From an uncultured bacterium (GTDB taxonomy: Bacteria > Oederibacteriota > JAAXVQ01 > JAUVAV01): a stretch of 64,000 bases of DNA. This document shows, one piece after another, positions 8,879 through 18,158 of this stretch. Each line of letters begins with the position of its first letter. The first letter of the stretch is position 1. Below the pieces are notes generated by a model. It was given only the letters and a program-made list of their open reading frames with translations, searched no databases and was not told where the DNA came from. The position numbers and the translations under genes were made by a program. The stretch spans positions 288,001 to 352,000 of the forward strand of contig CAVQBK010000013.1 of NCBI GenBank assembly GCA_963710755.1. Reading direction: 5' to 3'.

Positions 8879-10642
8879 TTATCTGGGTAGGTGAAGGGTA
8901 AAAATAGTTCCCTGGTTAATTCGGCTGCTGACCTCTACCGTACCCCGGTGAGCCTGAATGATATGTTTGACAATGGCCAGCCCCAGGCCGGTGCCGCCTT
9001 CATGCCGGCTTCTGGATTTGTCAATGCGATAAAAACGTTCAAACAGCCGTGGCAATTCTTTTTCTGCAATCCCTACTCCCAAATCCTGCACGATAATGGT
9101 GATCCCCTGCTTGTCCACCCTTCCAATCAATTTAATGGGCTCAGTGGTCTGGCTGTATTTGATGGCATTATCCACCAGATTAATAACCGCCTGCTCCAGC
9201 AAATGGGAATTGGCGGTAATCGTAATAGCTTCATCACACTCCACTTCAATAGTCACTTTTTTAGATTTGGCCACCGGCAGGCATTGCGTCATGGACTCGT
9301 CCAGCAATTGGCGTAAGCCCATTGTTTCCGTTTCCAGGCTGCCGGCATCAGCCTGTTCAATCCGGGAAAGATCAAGTAAATTTTCTACAATGGCATGAAG
9401 ACGCACGCTGTTATCCAATATTTTTTTAAGAAACCGAATGGCATCATGCCGTTGGTCAATGGCACCATCGAGCAAGGTCTCCACAAAGCCCTGTATCAGA
9501 GTAATGGGCGTCTTGAGTTCGTGGGAAACATTGGCCACGAACTCGCGGCGAATTTTTTCGAGATGCTTCTGTTCAGTCATATCGTTGAGCACCAGCAGCG
9601 CGCCGCTGAGGTGGCCGTTCTCATCTTGCAAAGGCGTTCCCGTGGTGTGCATGATGCGTTCGCCTTTGTCGTAAAAGACCACTTCCCCCTCCAGGGCGCG
9701 TCCCTCCTCAAGGACTTGCAGCAAGAACTGGTATAGATCGGGCTTGCGGATGCACTCCTGAAAGCTTTTGTCTTTAACTTTCTTGCGGTCCAGCTTGAAC
9801 AGGGCCAGGGCGGAGGTGTTGATTTCCATGAGCTTGTGATTCTTGTCCACGGCGATCACACCTTCTTTCATGGCCCCCAACACGGCTCGCTGTTCCTGCT
9901 GCTGCCGGCTCAGGCTGCGCAGCCGCTCTTCCAGTTGGGTGGCCATGCGGTTCAAGCTATCGGCCAGTTCCCCCATTTCCTCCGAGTTGGGAACAGGATA
10001 GGTGGCGGAAAAATCACCCTTGGCAAAACGCTGGGCCACAGCTTTCATGTCCGCCAGTGGCCGGGTAATTCTGGCGGCCATAATCCAGCTGACGGCCGCG
10101 GCCATCAGGGCGATGACCAGGGCCCATAGAAACAGCTGCCGGTAAGTTTGGCCCAGGGTTTGATTGATAGCGGTTAACGGCAGGGCAGCACGGATAAAAT
10201 AAGGGTTACGTCCGTCCTGCTTGATGGCCACATAAAACATGGGCTTTTGCATAGTCGCGCTTTGCCGCCAAGCCATGCCCAGGCCCGATTCCCGGGCAGT
10301 GAGAATCTCCGGCCGGTGTCCATGATTATCCATGATCCGGGCATCATGGCCGGAATCCGCAAGTACCCGGCCGTCCCCTGCGATGACCGTAAAACGGGTA
10401 TGGCTGGACAATCCCAGCGAGCGCACCAAATGCCTTAATTTTTCCATTTGCTGTTGTTGGACCAGGTTATCCACCTGCAGGCTGATCAAATGAATACGCG
10501 CTTCCAAGCCACGACCGGTTTGATCATAGGCAAAGGTTTTAAAGATGGAGAGAACCAACCAGCCCACGGCCAACAAGGCGATCAGGACAATGATTAAATA
10601 GGAAGGAAACAATTGCCAAATAAGGGGCTTGCGTGTTTTCAT
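8879..10642 (-). CDS. phoR: Sensor histidine kinase PhoR (TM-sensor-TM-HAMP-PAS-HisKA-HATPase)
   Basis: FVANVSHELKTP H-box, NLVDNAIKYS, FERFYRIDKSRSR, GGTGLGLAIVKH; adjacent to phoB. Confidence 0.93.
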   Translation of the reverse strand: MKTRKPLIWQLFPSYLIIVLIALLAVGWLVLSIFKTFAYDQTGRGLEARIHLISLQVDNLVQQQQMEKLRHLVRSLGLSSHTRFTVIAGDGRVLADSGHDARIMDNHGHRPEILTARESGLGMAWRQSATMQKPMFYVAIKQDGRNPYFIRAALPLTAINQTLGQTYRQLFLWALVIALMAAAVSWIMAARITRPLADMKAVAQRFAKGDFSATYPVPNSEEMGELADSLNRMATQLEERLRSLSRQQQEQRAVLGAMKEGVIAVDKNHKLMEINTSALALFKLDRKKVKDKSFQECIRKPDLYQFLLQVLEEGRALEGEVVFYDKGERIMHTTGTPLQDENGHLSGALLVLNDMTEQKHLEKIRREFVANVSHELKTPITLIQGFVETLLDGAIDQRHDAIRFLKKILDNSVRLHAIVENLLDLSRIEQADAGSLETETMGLRQLLDESMTQCLPVAKSKKVTIEVECDEAITITANSHLLEQAVINLVDNAIKYSQTTEPIKLIGRVDKQGITIIVQDLGVGIAEKELPRLFERFYRIDKSRSRHEGGTGLGLAIVKHIIQAHRGTVEVSSRINQGTIFTLHLPR

Positions 10643-10644
10643 AC

Positions 10645-11334
10645 TTACTCCTTGAAGCGGTAGCCAACCCCGCGCACAGTCTCGATATAGTTCCCGGCGC
10701 CATTCAGTTTTTTCCGCAACCCCACAATCTGCACATCCACAGATCTTTCCGTTACCGGATAGTCGTCGCCGCGTACACCATCGACCATTTGATAGCGCGT
10801 GAAGACCCAGCCCGGTCGGGAGGCCAGAAATTGCAATAATTTAAATTCCGTCAAAGTAAGGGGCAATAATTTTCCCCGGTATTTAACCTCATGCCGTCCC
10901 GTATGAATCGTCAACTCATGAATTTTAATGGTCTCATCGATTTTAGGCTTGGCCTCGCTTTCCCGCCGACGCAGCACCGCTCTTATCCTGGCCACCACCA
11001 CTTTGGGGCTAAAGGGCTTGGTAATATAATCCTCAGCGCCCAGTTCCAGACCAGCCACCACATCCGATTCTTCTCCTTTGGCCGTGAGCATAATGATAGG
11101 GATCAGCTCGGTTTTGGCTTCCCTCTTCATCTTCTTGCATACGGTCAGTCCGTCCATGCCGGGCAGCATGATGTCCAATAAGATAAGGTCCGGTGATTTG
11201 GTCATCGCCGTCTTGAGACCAGCCTCCCCGGTCAGGGCCCGGACTACTTGGTAGCCCTCTTTTTTCAGATTATAGTCGAGTAATTCACTTATATCTTCAT
11301 CATCTTCGATAACAAGTATTTTTTCTCTGCCCAT
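10645..11334 (-). CDS. phoB: OmpR-family response regulator PhoB/PhoP
   Basis: LLDIMLPGMDG, GAEDYITKPFS, ERSVDVQI..LRKKL, IETVRGVGYRF; GGAGG RBS before ATG 11334. Confidence 0.92.
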   Translation of the reverse strand: MGREKILVIEDDEDISELLDYNLKKEGYQVVRALTGEAGLKTAMTKSPDLILLDIMLPGMDGLTVCKKMKREAKTELIPIIMLTAKGEESDVVAGLELGAEDYITKPFSPKVVVARIRAVLRRRESEAKPKIDETIKIHELTIHTGRHEVKYRGKLLPLTLTEFKLLQFLASRPGWVFTRYQMVDGVRGDDYPVTERSVDVQIVGLRKKLNGAGNYIETVRGVGYRFKE

Positions 11335-11384
11335 GACTGTCCTCCATCGTGCCTTCATGACTGCAGTATTATTACAACAATTTT

Positions 11385-11413
11385 TTGTTAGGAAAATATT
11401 AAGAAACTGTTAT
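11385..11413 (-). promoter_or_regulatory. Pho-box-like triple repeat upstream of phoB
   Basis: Minus strand ATAACA-GTTTC-TTAATA-TTTTC-CTAACA, 11-bp period. Confidence 0.6.
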
Positions 11414-11868
11414 TTCCAGATACCACGATGCTCCATCATCCAGGCCAGAGCCCGCTGATAGATGCCTGGGCAACTACTCTCCCTGGGGCCGGCCACGTTC
11501 AAACAATGAATTTGATGGTCATGCACCCATCGCTTCAGGACCTCTTCGTCCAAAGCCTGATTCAACTCGCACACCAGAAAAGACCTGCGCAGTTTTTGAG
11601 CCACCGCAATGGTCAAGGCCGTGCCTCCTGTGATTGCACCCCTTTTTAAGATAAGGGTGCCGTCACTGTCACGCACATTCCAGCGCGTCCGTTGTTGATA
11701 GTTACGACTGGGTGTTTCCTGAAGCGGATAAACACCGGCAATCGGGCCGTCTTCCGCCAGGCGTCCTTGGGGGCACCAGCCGCCGCAAGCCACCTTGAGT
11801 CTGAGCGCTGCATCCAAAGCCGCCCGATCCACACCGGTCTGTCCTCCGCTGATAAGCCGATGAACCAT
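11410..11868 (-). CDS. SLOG-superfamily 'putative molybdenum carrier' protein
   Basis: ISGGQTGVDRAALD, GGWCP.GRLAEDG, RTRWNVRDSDGTL, GGTALT, LNVAGPRES. Confidence 0.9.
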   Translation of the reverse strand: MVHRLISGGQTGVDRAALDAALRLKVACGGWCPQGRLAEDGPIAGVYPLQETPSRNYQQRTRWNVRDSDGTLILKRGAITGGTALTIAVAQKLRRSFLVCELNQALDEEVLKRWVHDHQIHCLNVAGPRESSCPGIYQRALAWMMEHRGIWK

Positions 11869-12062
11869 ACCCACCTCTTAGAAATTGTAACATTTATCAA
11901 CAAGTGCAGCAGTAAAATCAAGACTGTTTTTAACGGCTAATGGACAGATGGCCTTATTGCGGCTGCAGTCTTTGATTAGCGATATAAAAAAAGAAGTGAT
12001 TAGGTAAGGCATGCTTATAGAGAGGGATATTTACTGGCAGAGATGGCTTGACGGCAATTACA

Positions 12063-12109
12063 GCTAAAATACCCCGTATTGAAATGCAGGGTAACGCGAG
12101 GACGACTTA
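12063..12109 (-). repeat. ~47-bp 3'-end repeat with terminator-like hairpin, copy 2
   Basis: GCTAAAATACCCCGTATTGAAATGCAGGGTAACGCGAGGACGACTTA aligns with 5771-5817. Confidence 0.7.
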
Positions 12110-12628
12110 AGCCTGGTTGGTGCCGGAAGCCGCGATGGGCATGTCATCCAAGAGGATGGATAAATAACCGGGCCCGTAATTTTGCAGTTTGACTTCCAGG
12201 TCCAGCCGTGCGGCCGGATCTTTGGCCAAAGCTGTAATCCCTTCAGACAAAGTTTCGCTGGAAGAAAGAATAGCTTTTAACTTCAGTCCCGGCAGATGAG
12301 GGTTTTTTAGAAATTGACTGATCATATCCATCAAATCATTGAGATTGGACATGACCTCATCCGTGACTTGATGAGCTTCGATATTTTTATTGGCAACCTC
12401 CACAGGAATCATGCTCAGCGCCGCTCCCAAACGATTGACAGCCTGCACATCGCAAAGGCAAAGTCCGGCTACCTTGTCTTCATCGTTTTCATAGGCGGCC
12501 ACTACCATGGGGTCCTCTGTGGTATTCAGTTGCAAGACTTTGCCTTGCGAGACCTCCGTTTCCATTTCCAGCAATTCCCCGATCATTTGCTTTAATTTTT
12601 CCGGATCCGGTAAATGTTCTGCCAGCAT
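12107..12628 (-). CDS. Hypothetical protein, possibly CheC/CheX-like fold
   Basis: AAGGAG RBS before MLAEHLPDP; LGAALSMIP...EVMSNLNDLMDMI pattern recalls CheC-like proteins but the E-x-x-N motif is degenerate. Confidence 0.55.
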   Translation of the reverse strand: MLAEHLPDPEKLKQMIGELLEMETEVSQGKVLQLNTTEDPMVVAAYENDEDKVAGLCLCDVQAVNRLGAALSMIPVEVANKNIEAHQVTDEVMSNLNDLMDMISQFLKNPHLPGLKLKAILSSSETLSEGITALAKDPAARLDLEVKLQNYGPGYLSILLDDMPIAASGTNQA

Positions 12629-12815
12629 GTTGCTCTCCTTGATTTCCGGCACAGGCCCTGGTGATCGTACTGATATTAGTATCGGATTATAATGGCGGAA
12701 ATTAAAGAAGATCCTCACAAAGTAGGATTAACCATAGGCTTATGGTTAATGTTGCTTCCTTACGGTTGCTTGTGCCCGGCAGGGATAGGTTGGCATTTAT
12801 TCAGACTTGGCGGGT

Positions 12816-13784
12816 TTAGATTTGATGTTTCTGCTGACGCAGATCTCTTTCGGACGTCGCAGGCGTGAAAGGATGTGTCAACCTGAAATCAGGGGTATAG
12901 CCTTCACTGCTCTCCAAGGCCTGCACCCAGCCGTTGTTCAGTCCCAGGCGATCCATTTCCTGCAGTACCTGTTCATATTCCGAGGGCCACAGACAGCGGC
13001 CCAGTGGGCTGTGGCCACTTACCGCCGGCGTGGGCGTATATTGGGCCATCAGTGAAATATGAAGCTCTGGGGAGAGCGATTGGGCTATAAACCGCAAACA
13101 ACCTTTACTGTTCTCCATACTTCCCGGCAGCACCAGATGGCGAATGATTAACCCTGACTGGATCAGGCCGTTTTGACCGAGGACCAAGGCTGTACCTTTT
13201 TGCGCCACCATTTCCCGAAGCGCGGCTTGTGCCTTGGGGGGATAATCGGCAGCCTGGCTGCAAGCCTGGGCCAGGGCAGAATCGCTGTATTTATAATCAG
13301 GCAGATAGACATCTATATACGGAGCCACGGCTTGAAGCATAGCCACTTGGTCATAGCCATTGCTGTTCATCACTGTCACCAGCCGGGGATGACGCTGCCG
13401 CAATACCCGGATAATGGCCACCATGGCCGGCCACATATGGGTGGGTGAAACGAATCCCACTATCTGCCGTTGCGGTGTAAGCTCCTTTTCGATGGCTTGA
13501 ACGGTTTCTTCCAAAGTTAGGATATACTCTACCGCCGGGTGCGGGCCATGGCTGATTTGGTAATTTTGGCAAAAGCTACAGCGCAGGTTGCAATGGGTAA
13601 AGAACACATTGACAATGCCCTGTTCACCAAACACCGGTTCCTCTCCATGATGCACACAGACCGCGCCCAGACGAATCTGATCATCACTCTGACAAAAACC
13701 TGCTGGTTGCTGATGCCGGTTTACGCCACATTGGCGCGGGCACAAACGACATGGATTATAAAGGTCTTGGGTAAAAGACACCAT
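12816..13784 (-). CDS. Radical SAM protein, PflX-like
   Basis: N-terminal CRLCPRQC, HHGEEP, CNLRCSFCQN, DVYLPDYKY, IIRHLVLPG, SLMAQYTP. Confidence 0.92.
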   Translation of the reverse strand: MVSFTQDLYNPCRLCPRQCGVNRHQQPAGFCQSDDQIRLGAVCVHHGEEPVFGEQGIVNVFFTHCNLRCSFCQNYQISHGPHPAVEYILTLEETVQAIEKELTPQRQIVGFVSPTHMWPAMVAIIRVLRQRHPRLVTVMNSNGYDQVAMLQAVAPYIDVYLPDYKYSDSALAQACSQAADYPPKAQAALREMVAQKGTALVLGQNGLIQSGLIIRHLVLPGSMENSKGCLRFIAQSLSPELHISLMAQYTPTPAVSGHSPLGRCLWPSEYEQVLQEMDRLGLNNGWVQALESSEGYTPDFRLTHPFTPATSERDLRQQKHQI

Positions 13785-13804
13785 CGGTCAACCACCGTTA
13801 AGTA

Positions 13805-13965
13805 GTTTTTGTTGCGTAAAGTCTAAGATCTCTATGGCGCCACATCCGGTCCTGAAGCGGCATTGAAAAAAGATCTGTAGGGTACAGGCAACTTGTCCCG
13901 CGTAGGCTGGGCTGCCTGTAGCCTACAGATATGGATGGATAGAACACCTAATCCACAACAAGAAT
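13805..13965. mobile_element. MITE-like element, copy 2
   Basis: Ends GTTTTTGTTGCGTAAAG / AATCCACAACAAGAAT; central hairpin GTAGGGTACAGGCA...TGCCTGTAGCCTAC at 13877-13926. Confidence 0.7.
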
Positions 13966-14036
13966 TAATCAGAAATATGAAAAGCGTTATCATTTTATGG
14001 CAAGACCGGTACCAACGAGTGGAAAACAACAGGCGG

Positions 14037-14864
14037 TTATGCTTCCCACAGGGTCAGGGTTTCTTCCAATTTATCCATCACAGTGGTATGGAGCTGGTCC
14101 AACTGATCCAGATTCAACCCCAAGGCCAAATAGGACTCCTGGTTAGTGGGCAGACGTTGAGTTTTAATGTTTCCGTTTACATTGGCTACCATATTGGCCA
14201 CTTGCACGGCATGGATCACCACTTCTTGCGGAGGATTGGGATCATGATGTTTTTCAATGGCCGCAATCAGCTCATCGGGAAATTTCCAGAACCACGCGAT
14301 CTCGCCACCCACAATGGCATGATTGGTACCAAGGACACCGGACTCGGCTTCTACTGCATTTTCTCCGGCTTCGATAAACTGCCAAAGCTCCTTCATGGTT
14401 TCCGGCCGCAAGTGACGAAAAAGCAGCAACTTGCCAATATCGTGAATCAAAGCAGCGGTAAAGGTGATAGGAGGAATCTCCAGCGTAGTAAATTCAGAGA
14501 GTTGTTCAACCACCAAGGCCGAGGTAACACTATGTTGCCATAACTTTTTCTCAACCCCAGGATAGGGAACGGATTGGTTTTTCATGGTCTCCGCCAGCCG
14601 GTAACCTACCGCCAGTTTAAGCAATTGGGCCATACCCAGACGTACCACCGATTCTTTAACCGTTTTAATACGACCGTGCGTGCCGCTCCATGCGGAATTG
14701 GCCCAACGCAGCACATTGCTGGTTAAGGCTTCATCAAACTCAATCACCCGGCAGATCTCATAAATATTAACTTCCGGATTGGCGGTTAAGCGCAACAATT
14801 TGGCCACCGAGGTCGGCATGGGTGAAAGTTTTTGAATTTCAGCGGGATCGATGACAAACTTCAT
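14037..14864 (-). CDS. HDOD domain protein (paralog of 2853-3701)
   Basis: DEALTSNVLRWANS, SVVRLG, LWQHSV, AALIHDIGK, GTNHAIVG, WKFP, AIEKHH. Confidence 0.92.
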   Translation of the reverse strand: MKFVIDPAEIQKLSPMPTSVAKLLRLTANPEVNIYEICRVIEFDEALTSNVLRWANSAWSGTHGRIKTVKESVVRLGMAQLLKLAVGYRLAETMKNQSVPYPGVEKKLWQHSVTSALVVEQLSEFTTLEIPPITFTAALIHDIGKLLLFRHLRPETMKELWQFIEAGENAVEAESGVLGTNHAIVGGEIAWFWKFPDELIAAIEKHHDPNPPQEVVIHAVQVANMVANVNGNIKTQRLPTNQESYLALGLNLDQLDQLHTTVMDKLEETLTLWEA

Positions 14865-14968
14865 GAATCACCAGCATCATCATGTTTATGCCCTGATCTT
14901 ATGCCTGCGCCGGCCTTTCCGGCGCTTGCCGACTACCGGTGGTGCAGCTAAAAAACGGGTCCTGGCCA

Positions 14969-15340
14969 TCAGGCGGCACCGATCAGGTCTTTGATTTTTT
15001 CCAATAATTCCTCAGGATCAAAGGGTTTGATAATATAATCGTCTCCCCCGATAGCAAAACCTTGCTGCGCGTCTCCGGGATTGCCGCGGGCAGTTAGGAA
15101 AACTATTTTTATGCCTTTGGTGTGCGGCTTTTTTTTTATTTCCATACACACTTCATAGCCGTTCATGCCCGGCATCATAATATCAAGAACCATTAAATCA
15201 GGTTTTTCCTGTTCGATCTCTTCCATGGCTTCAAAGCCGCTGGTGGCGGTTTTAACATCATAGCCTTCCACGGAAAGGCTCATTTTGACCAGGCGCGCAA
15301 TAGAGGGTTCGTCATCCACCACCAGTATTTTTTTTCCCAT
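14969..15340 (-). CDS. Single-domain response regulator (receiver)
   Basis: ILVVDDE, LDIMMPGMNG, FLTA, DYIIKPF; 123 aa with no output domain. Confidence 0.95.
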   Translation of the reverse strand: MGKKILVVDDEPSIARLVKMSLSVEGYDVKTATSGFEAMEEIEQEKPDLMVLDIMMPGMNGYEVCMEIKKKPHTKGIKIVFLTARGNPGDAQQGFAIGGDDYIIKPFDPEELLEKIKDLIGAA

Positions 15341-15342
15341 GA

Positions 15343-16944
15343 TTATTGGCTCCTTGTGGATCGTTTGCGTGATTTTTTCGTCTTGGTCGTAGCGGCCAGA
15401 GCGTTATTGATTTCATCCTTCATGCTGTCACTCAAGGATGGATCCGAAGAAGCCGCCAACCGTCTCAAGGCCCGGGCTGCGGCATCAACTACGCGTTTTT
15501 CCTTGTCCTGCAGACCTTCGATAACCAACTCCAGAGTCAGGGGATGAATTTTTTCACCCAAGGCAAAGAGTATGCTTTCTCGCTGGAAGGGGTCTTCGGC
15601 CTTGACCATTTGCCCAATATAATCCAGGGCCCTCTCGGCGTCAAGATCCAAGTATTGTACAGCGGCCAGAGCCCGTTCCTTGTAGTTGCCGCTTTGAATT
15701 ACGGATTCCAATTCCGATCCGGGGTGGTATGCAGGTGCAGCTGTCACGTTGGTGCCGGGTTGAACTTCTCCCGCTGAGGGGTCCGGGTTTGCCGGTGCGG
15801 CTGTGGGTGGTGCCGGATTGGCAGGCGGGGCTTGGTTAGGCATGGATTGGGGCATGGGATATTGTCCGGGCATGAGTTGCCCTTGCGGTGCCATGGCGGG
15901 GTTTAGGCGGTAGGCATTGGTCATCATGTTCCCGCTGCCCAACATGCCATAGGTAGAGGCGCCTGGCAAGCCGGCCATATCCCGGACCATTTTAAGCATT
16001 TCCTGCTGATATTTCATGATGACTTCTTCCCGTTTGGAACGCATCCGTTTGATAATCAGATAAAAAATATAAGCCAGGAGACCCAACAAGCCCAGGCCGA
16101 TAATAAACCCATAGATGACCATGCGCTGCTGAAAGGACACATCACCCAGGACATTTTTAAACTGGCCGTCCAGGCGGTTCATAAAATTTTTCCGGTCCTG
16201 TTCCGATTGATAATAGAGATTTTGGATTCGTTCCAAGGGTGCCATGTACTGTTCCATTTGTTTTTCCTGGCTCTTGGTAAACATGGCCATAAGGTTGGTC
16301 ATGGCCGCAACGTTTTTGGCGTATTGCTCCATAATAGGTGAATCGCCACTGGGCTCACGTCCATCCTCCACCGTGTCCTGGTTGGTGTAGCCCCGACCAT
16401 TGCCTAAGACTGGTCCGGAATCAGGGTTTTGATTACGCTGGTTCCGACCTGTCGGACCCGTGGATAAAACCACGCCTCCTTCGGCTCTGGTGGTATCTTC
16501 GGCTTCTTTTTTCAACAGTTCCTGCTGCATGCCTTTGGGGATGAGCATGACCCGGTTTTTCTTGTCCTGCGGGGCCACCTGCTTGGCGACCAATTCATAC
16601 ATCTGGCGCACCTGTTTATTGTCCGGATCCATGTTGTAAGCTTGGGAGAGGTATTTATAAGCATTGCTGTAGTGCTTGGCCAAAAACAAACGGCTCCCCC
16701 GTTCCACCAATATTTTCAAGAGAAAAACTTTGGCTTGATTGTTGGAAGGGCTGTACTGCAGCGATTCATTGAGCAGCTTAATGGCCTGATTGGAATCACC
16801 TTTCAAATATTGTTGAATGGCTTGATCAAAGGCATAAGCGGACCTGCCTTGCGCCGTGTCCCCCACTTCGGCTGCAACCATCTGCAGACCGCCAAATAAA
16901 AGAATAAATAAAATGCTAAACCTCCAGCACCAGTGCTGTTTCAT
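15343..16944 (-). CDS. Membrane protein: signal peptide, TPR, coiled coil, TM helix, Pro/Gln-rich linker, HEAT-like repeats
   Basis: TPR-like AYKYLSQAYNMDPDN; TM VIYGFIIGLGLLGLLAYIFYLII followed by KRMRSKR; HEAT-like DPFQRESILFALG and DKEKRVVDAAARAL. Confidence 0.75.
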   Translation of the reverse strand: MKQHWCWRFSILFILLFGGLQMVAAEVGDTAQGRSAYAFDQAIQQYLKGDSNQAIKLLNESLQYSPSNNQAKVFLLKILVERGSRLFLAKHYSNAYKYLSQAYNMDPDNKQVRQMYELVAKQVAPQDKKNRVMLIPKGMQQELLKKEAEDTTRAEGGVVLSTGPTGRNQRNQNPDSGPVLGNGRGYTNQDTVEDGREPSGDSPIMEQYAKNVAAMTNLMAMFTKSQEKQMEQYMAPLERIQNLYYQSEQDRKNFMNRLDGQFKNVLGDVSFQQRMVIYGFIIGLGLLGLLAYIFYLIIKRMRSKREEVIMKYQQEMLKMVRDMAGLPGASTYGMLGSGNMMTNAYRLNPAMAPQGQLMPGQYPMPQSMPNQAPPANPAPPTAAPANPDPSAGEVQPGTNVTAAPAYHPGSELESVIQSGNYKERALAAVQYLDLDAERALDYIGQMVKAEDPFQRESILFALGEKIHPLTLELVIEGLQDKEKRVVDAAARALRRLAASSDPSLSDSMKDEINNALAATTKTKKSRKRSTRSQ

Positions 16945-18158
16945 GGCTGGGCCTCCTCAGATGTGGTATTGCCTAATTCTTCCATTTCATCAGGTGTCAA
17001 GGGCACCCCGTCTTTGTTAACCTTTGGTGTTTCATCTTGACCAGGTGCAGGTGTGCCCATATTTAACATATCCAGCACGGTTTTTAATTTATCCTTTAAT
17101 TCCAAGGCCCGTACATTCTTGGGATCAATCAACACCGCCTGCTCCACAAAACCCATGGCCTCTTGATACTGGCTATGGGTGAACTGAGTTTCGGCTTGTT
17201 CCAATAGTTCCTTGACCTTATCATCTTTGGCTTTTTCGATGGAGGCCCCCAAGCCCACCGAGGCCGTAACAAAATGGGTCAAGCCAAACAAATTCATACC
17301 TTCCACCGCGTAGTCGATGGCATAAGCCCCATAATGCACACCCAAGCCGGCTTGGAAGGTGGCGTTGTCATACCCCAGTTTATAACCGCCGCGCAAGGCA
17401 ATGATCTTGGCAAAACTGTATTCCAGTCCCAAATTGACCTTAACCCCGGCATCCAGCGACTGCACTAAATCCAGGGCACCGGTAAGGCGTTGATCTGCCG
17501 CCACCTCATAGCTGTACTGAGTACCAAGCCTGGCTGTGACAGGAAGGGTTTCCGTGGATTGGTCAAAACTGGACAGATAACCCAGATTCTGTACGGACAG
17601 GCCCACCGTCCAGTGCTCCATAACCTCCAGAATGCTCCCCACATCGGCGGCCACGCCCATGGCGTTATAGCCGGCCAGTTCACGGTAGAGAACTTTGAGA
17701 TTAGCGCCGGCATAAAAGTTTTGTAAGCCGGTAAACGGCGAGATGTCGCGCGCATAAGAAAGTTGCACCCCCAAGTCATATACATTTAAGGCCGCTGTAT
17801 CCAAGCCATTCACATCGCGACCGGGAATGCTGGGCATATGCAGGCCAAACACCCCGACCCCAATGGTGCCCAATTCCAAAAAAGGCTGGATAAAATTAAT
17901 GGCTTCCAGTTGAGTTTCAGCAATCCAATTTAAATGGGTGGCGGACACCTGGGCCATGGGCATCAAGGCCAAGCCGGCGGGATTGTAATAGGCGGCATTG
18001 GGATCACCCAGTCTGGCGGTCACGGCTTCGCCCATGCCTGTGGCCAAAGCGCCTATGTTTATTTTCATGAAGTCGGCGGCCGTGGTGCCCCGCTCGCCGG
18101 CCCATAAGACCGGTTGTATAAGCCAACTGACAACAAGGAAAATGCTCAGCCTTTTCAT
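16941..18158 (-). CDS. PorV/PorQ-family (UPF0164) outer-membrane beta-barrel with C-terminal TPR
   Basis: GTTAADFMKINIGALATGMGEA, AAYYNPAGLA, ADVG, GLSVQNLG, LPVTARLG, GLEY, ALRGGY; TPR-like AMGFVEQAVLIDPKN. Confidence 0.88.
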   Translation of the reverse strand: MKRLSIFLVVSWLIQPVLWAGERGTTAADFMKINIGALATGMGEAVTARLGDPNAAYYNPAGLALMPMAQVSATHLNWIAETQLEAINFIQPFLELGTIGVGVFGLHMPSIPGRDVNGLDTAALNVYDLGVQLSYARDISPFTGLQNFYAGANLKVLYRELAGYNAMGVAADVGSILEVMEHWTVGLSVQNLGYLSSFDQSTETLPVTARLGTQYSYEVAADQRLTGALDLVQSLDAGVKVNLGLEYSFAKIIALRGGYKLGYDNATFQAGLGVHYGAYAIDYAVEGMNLFGLTHFVTASVGLGASIEKAKDDKVKELLEQAETQFTHSQYQEAMGFVEQAVLIDPKNVRALELKDKLKTVLDMLNMGTPAPGQDETPKVNKDGVPLTPDEMEELGNTTSEEAQP

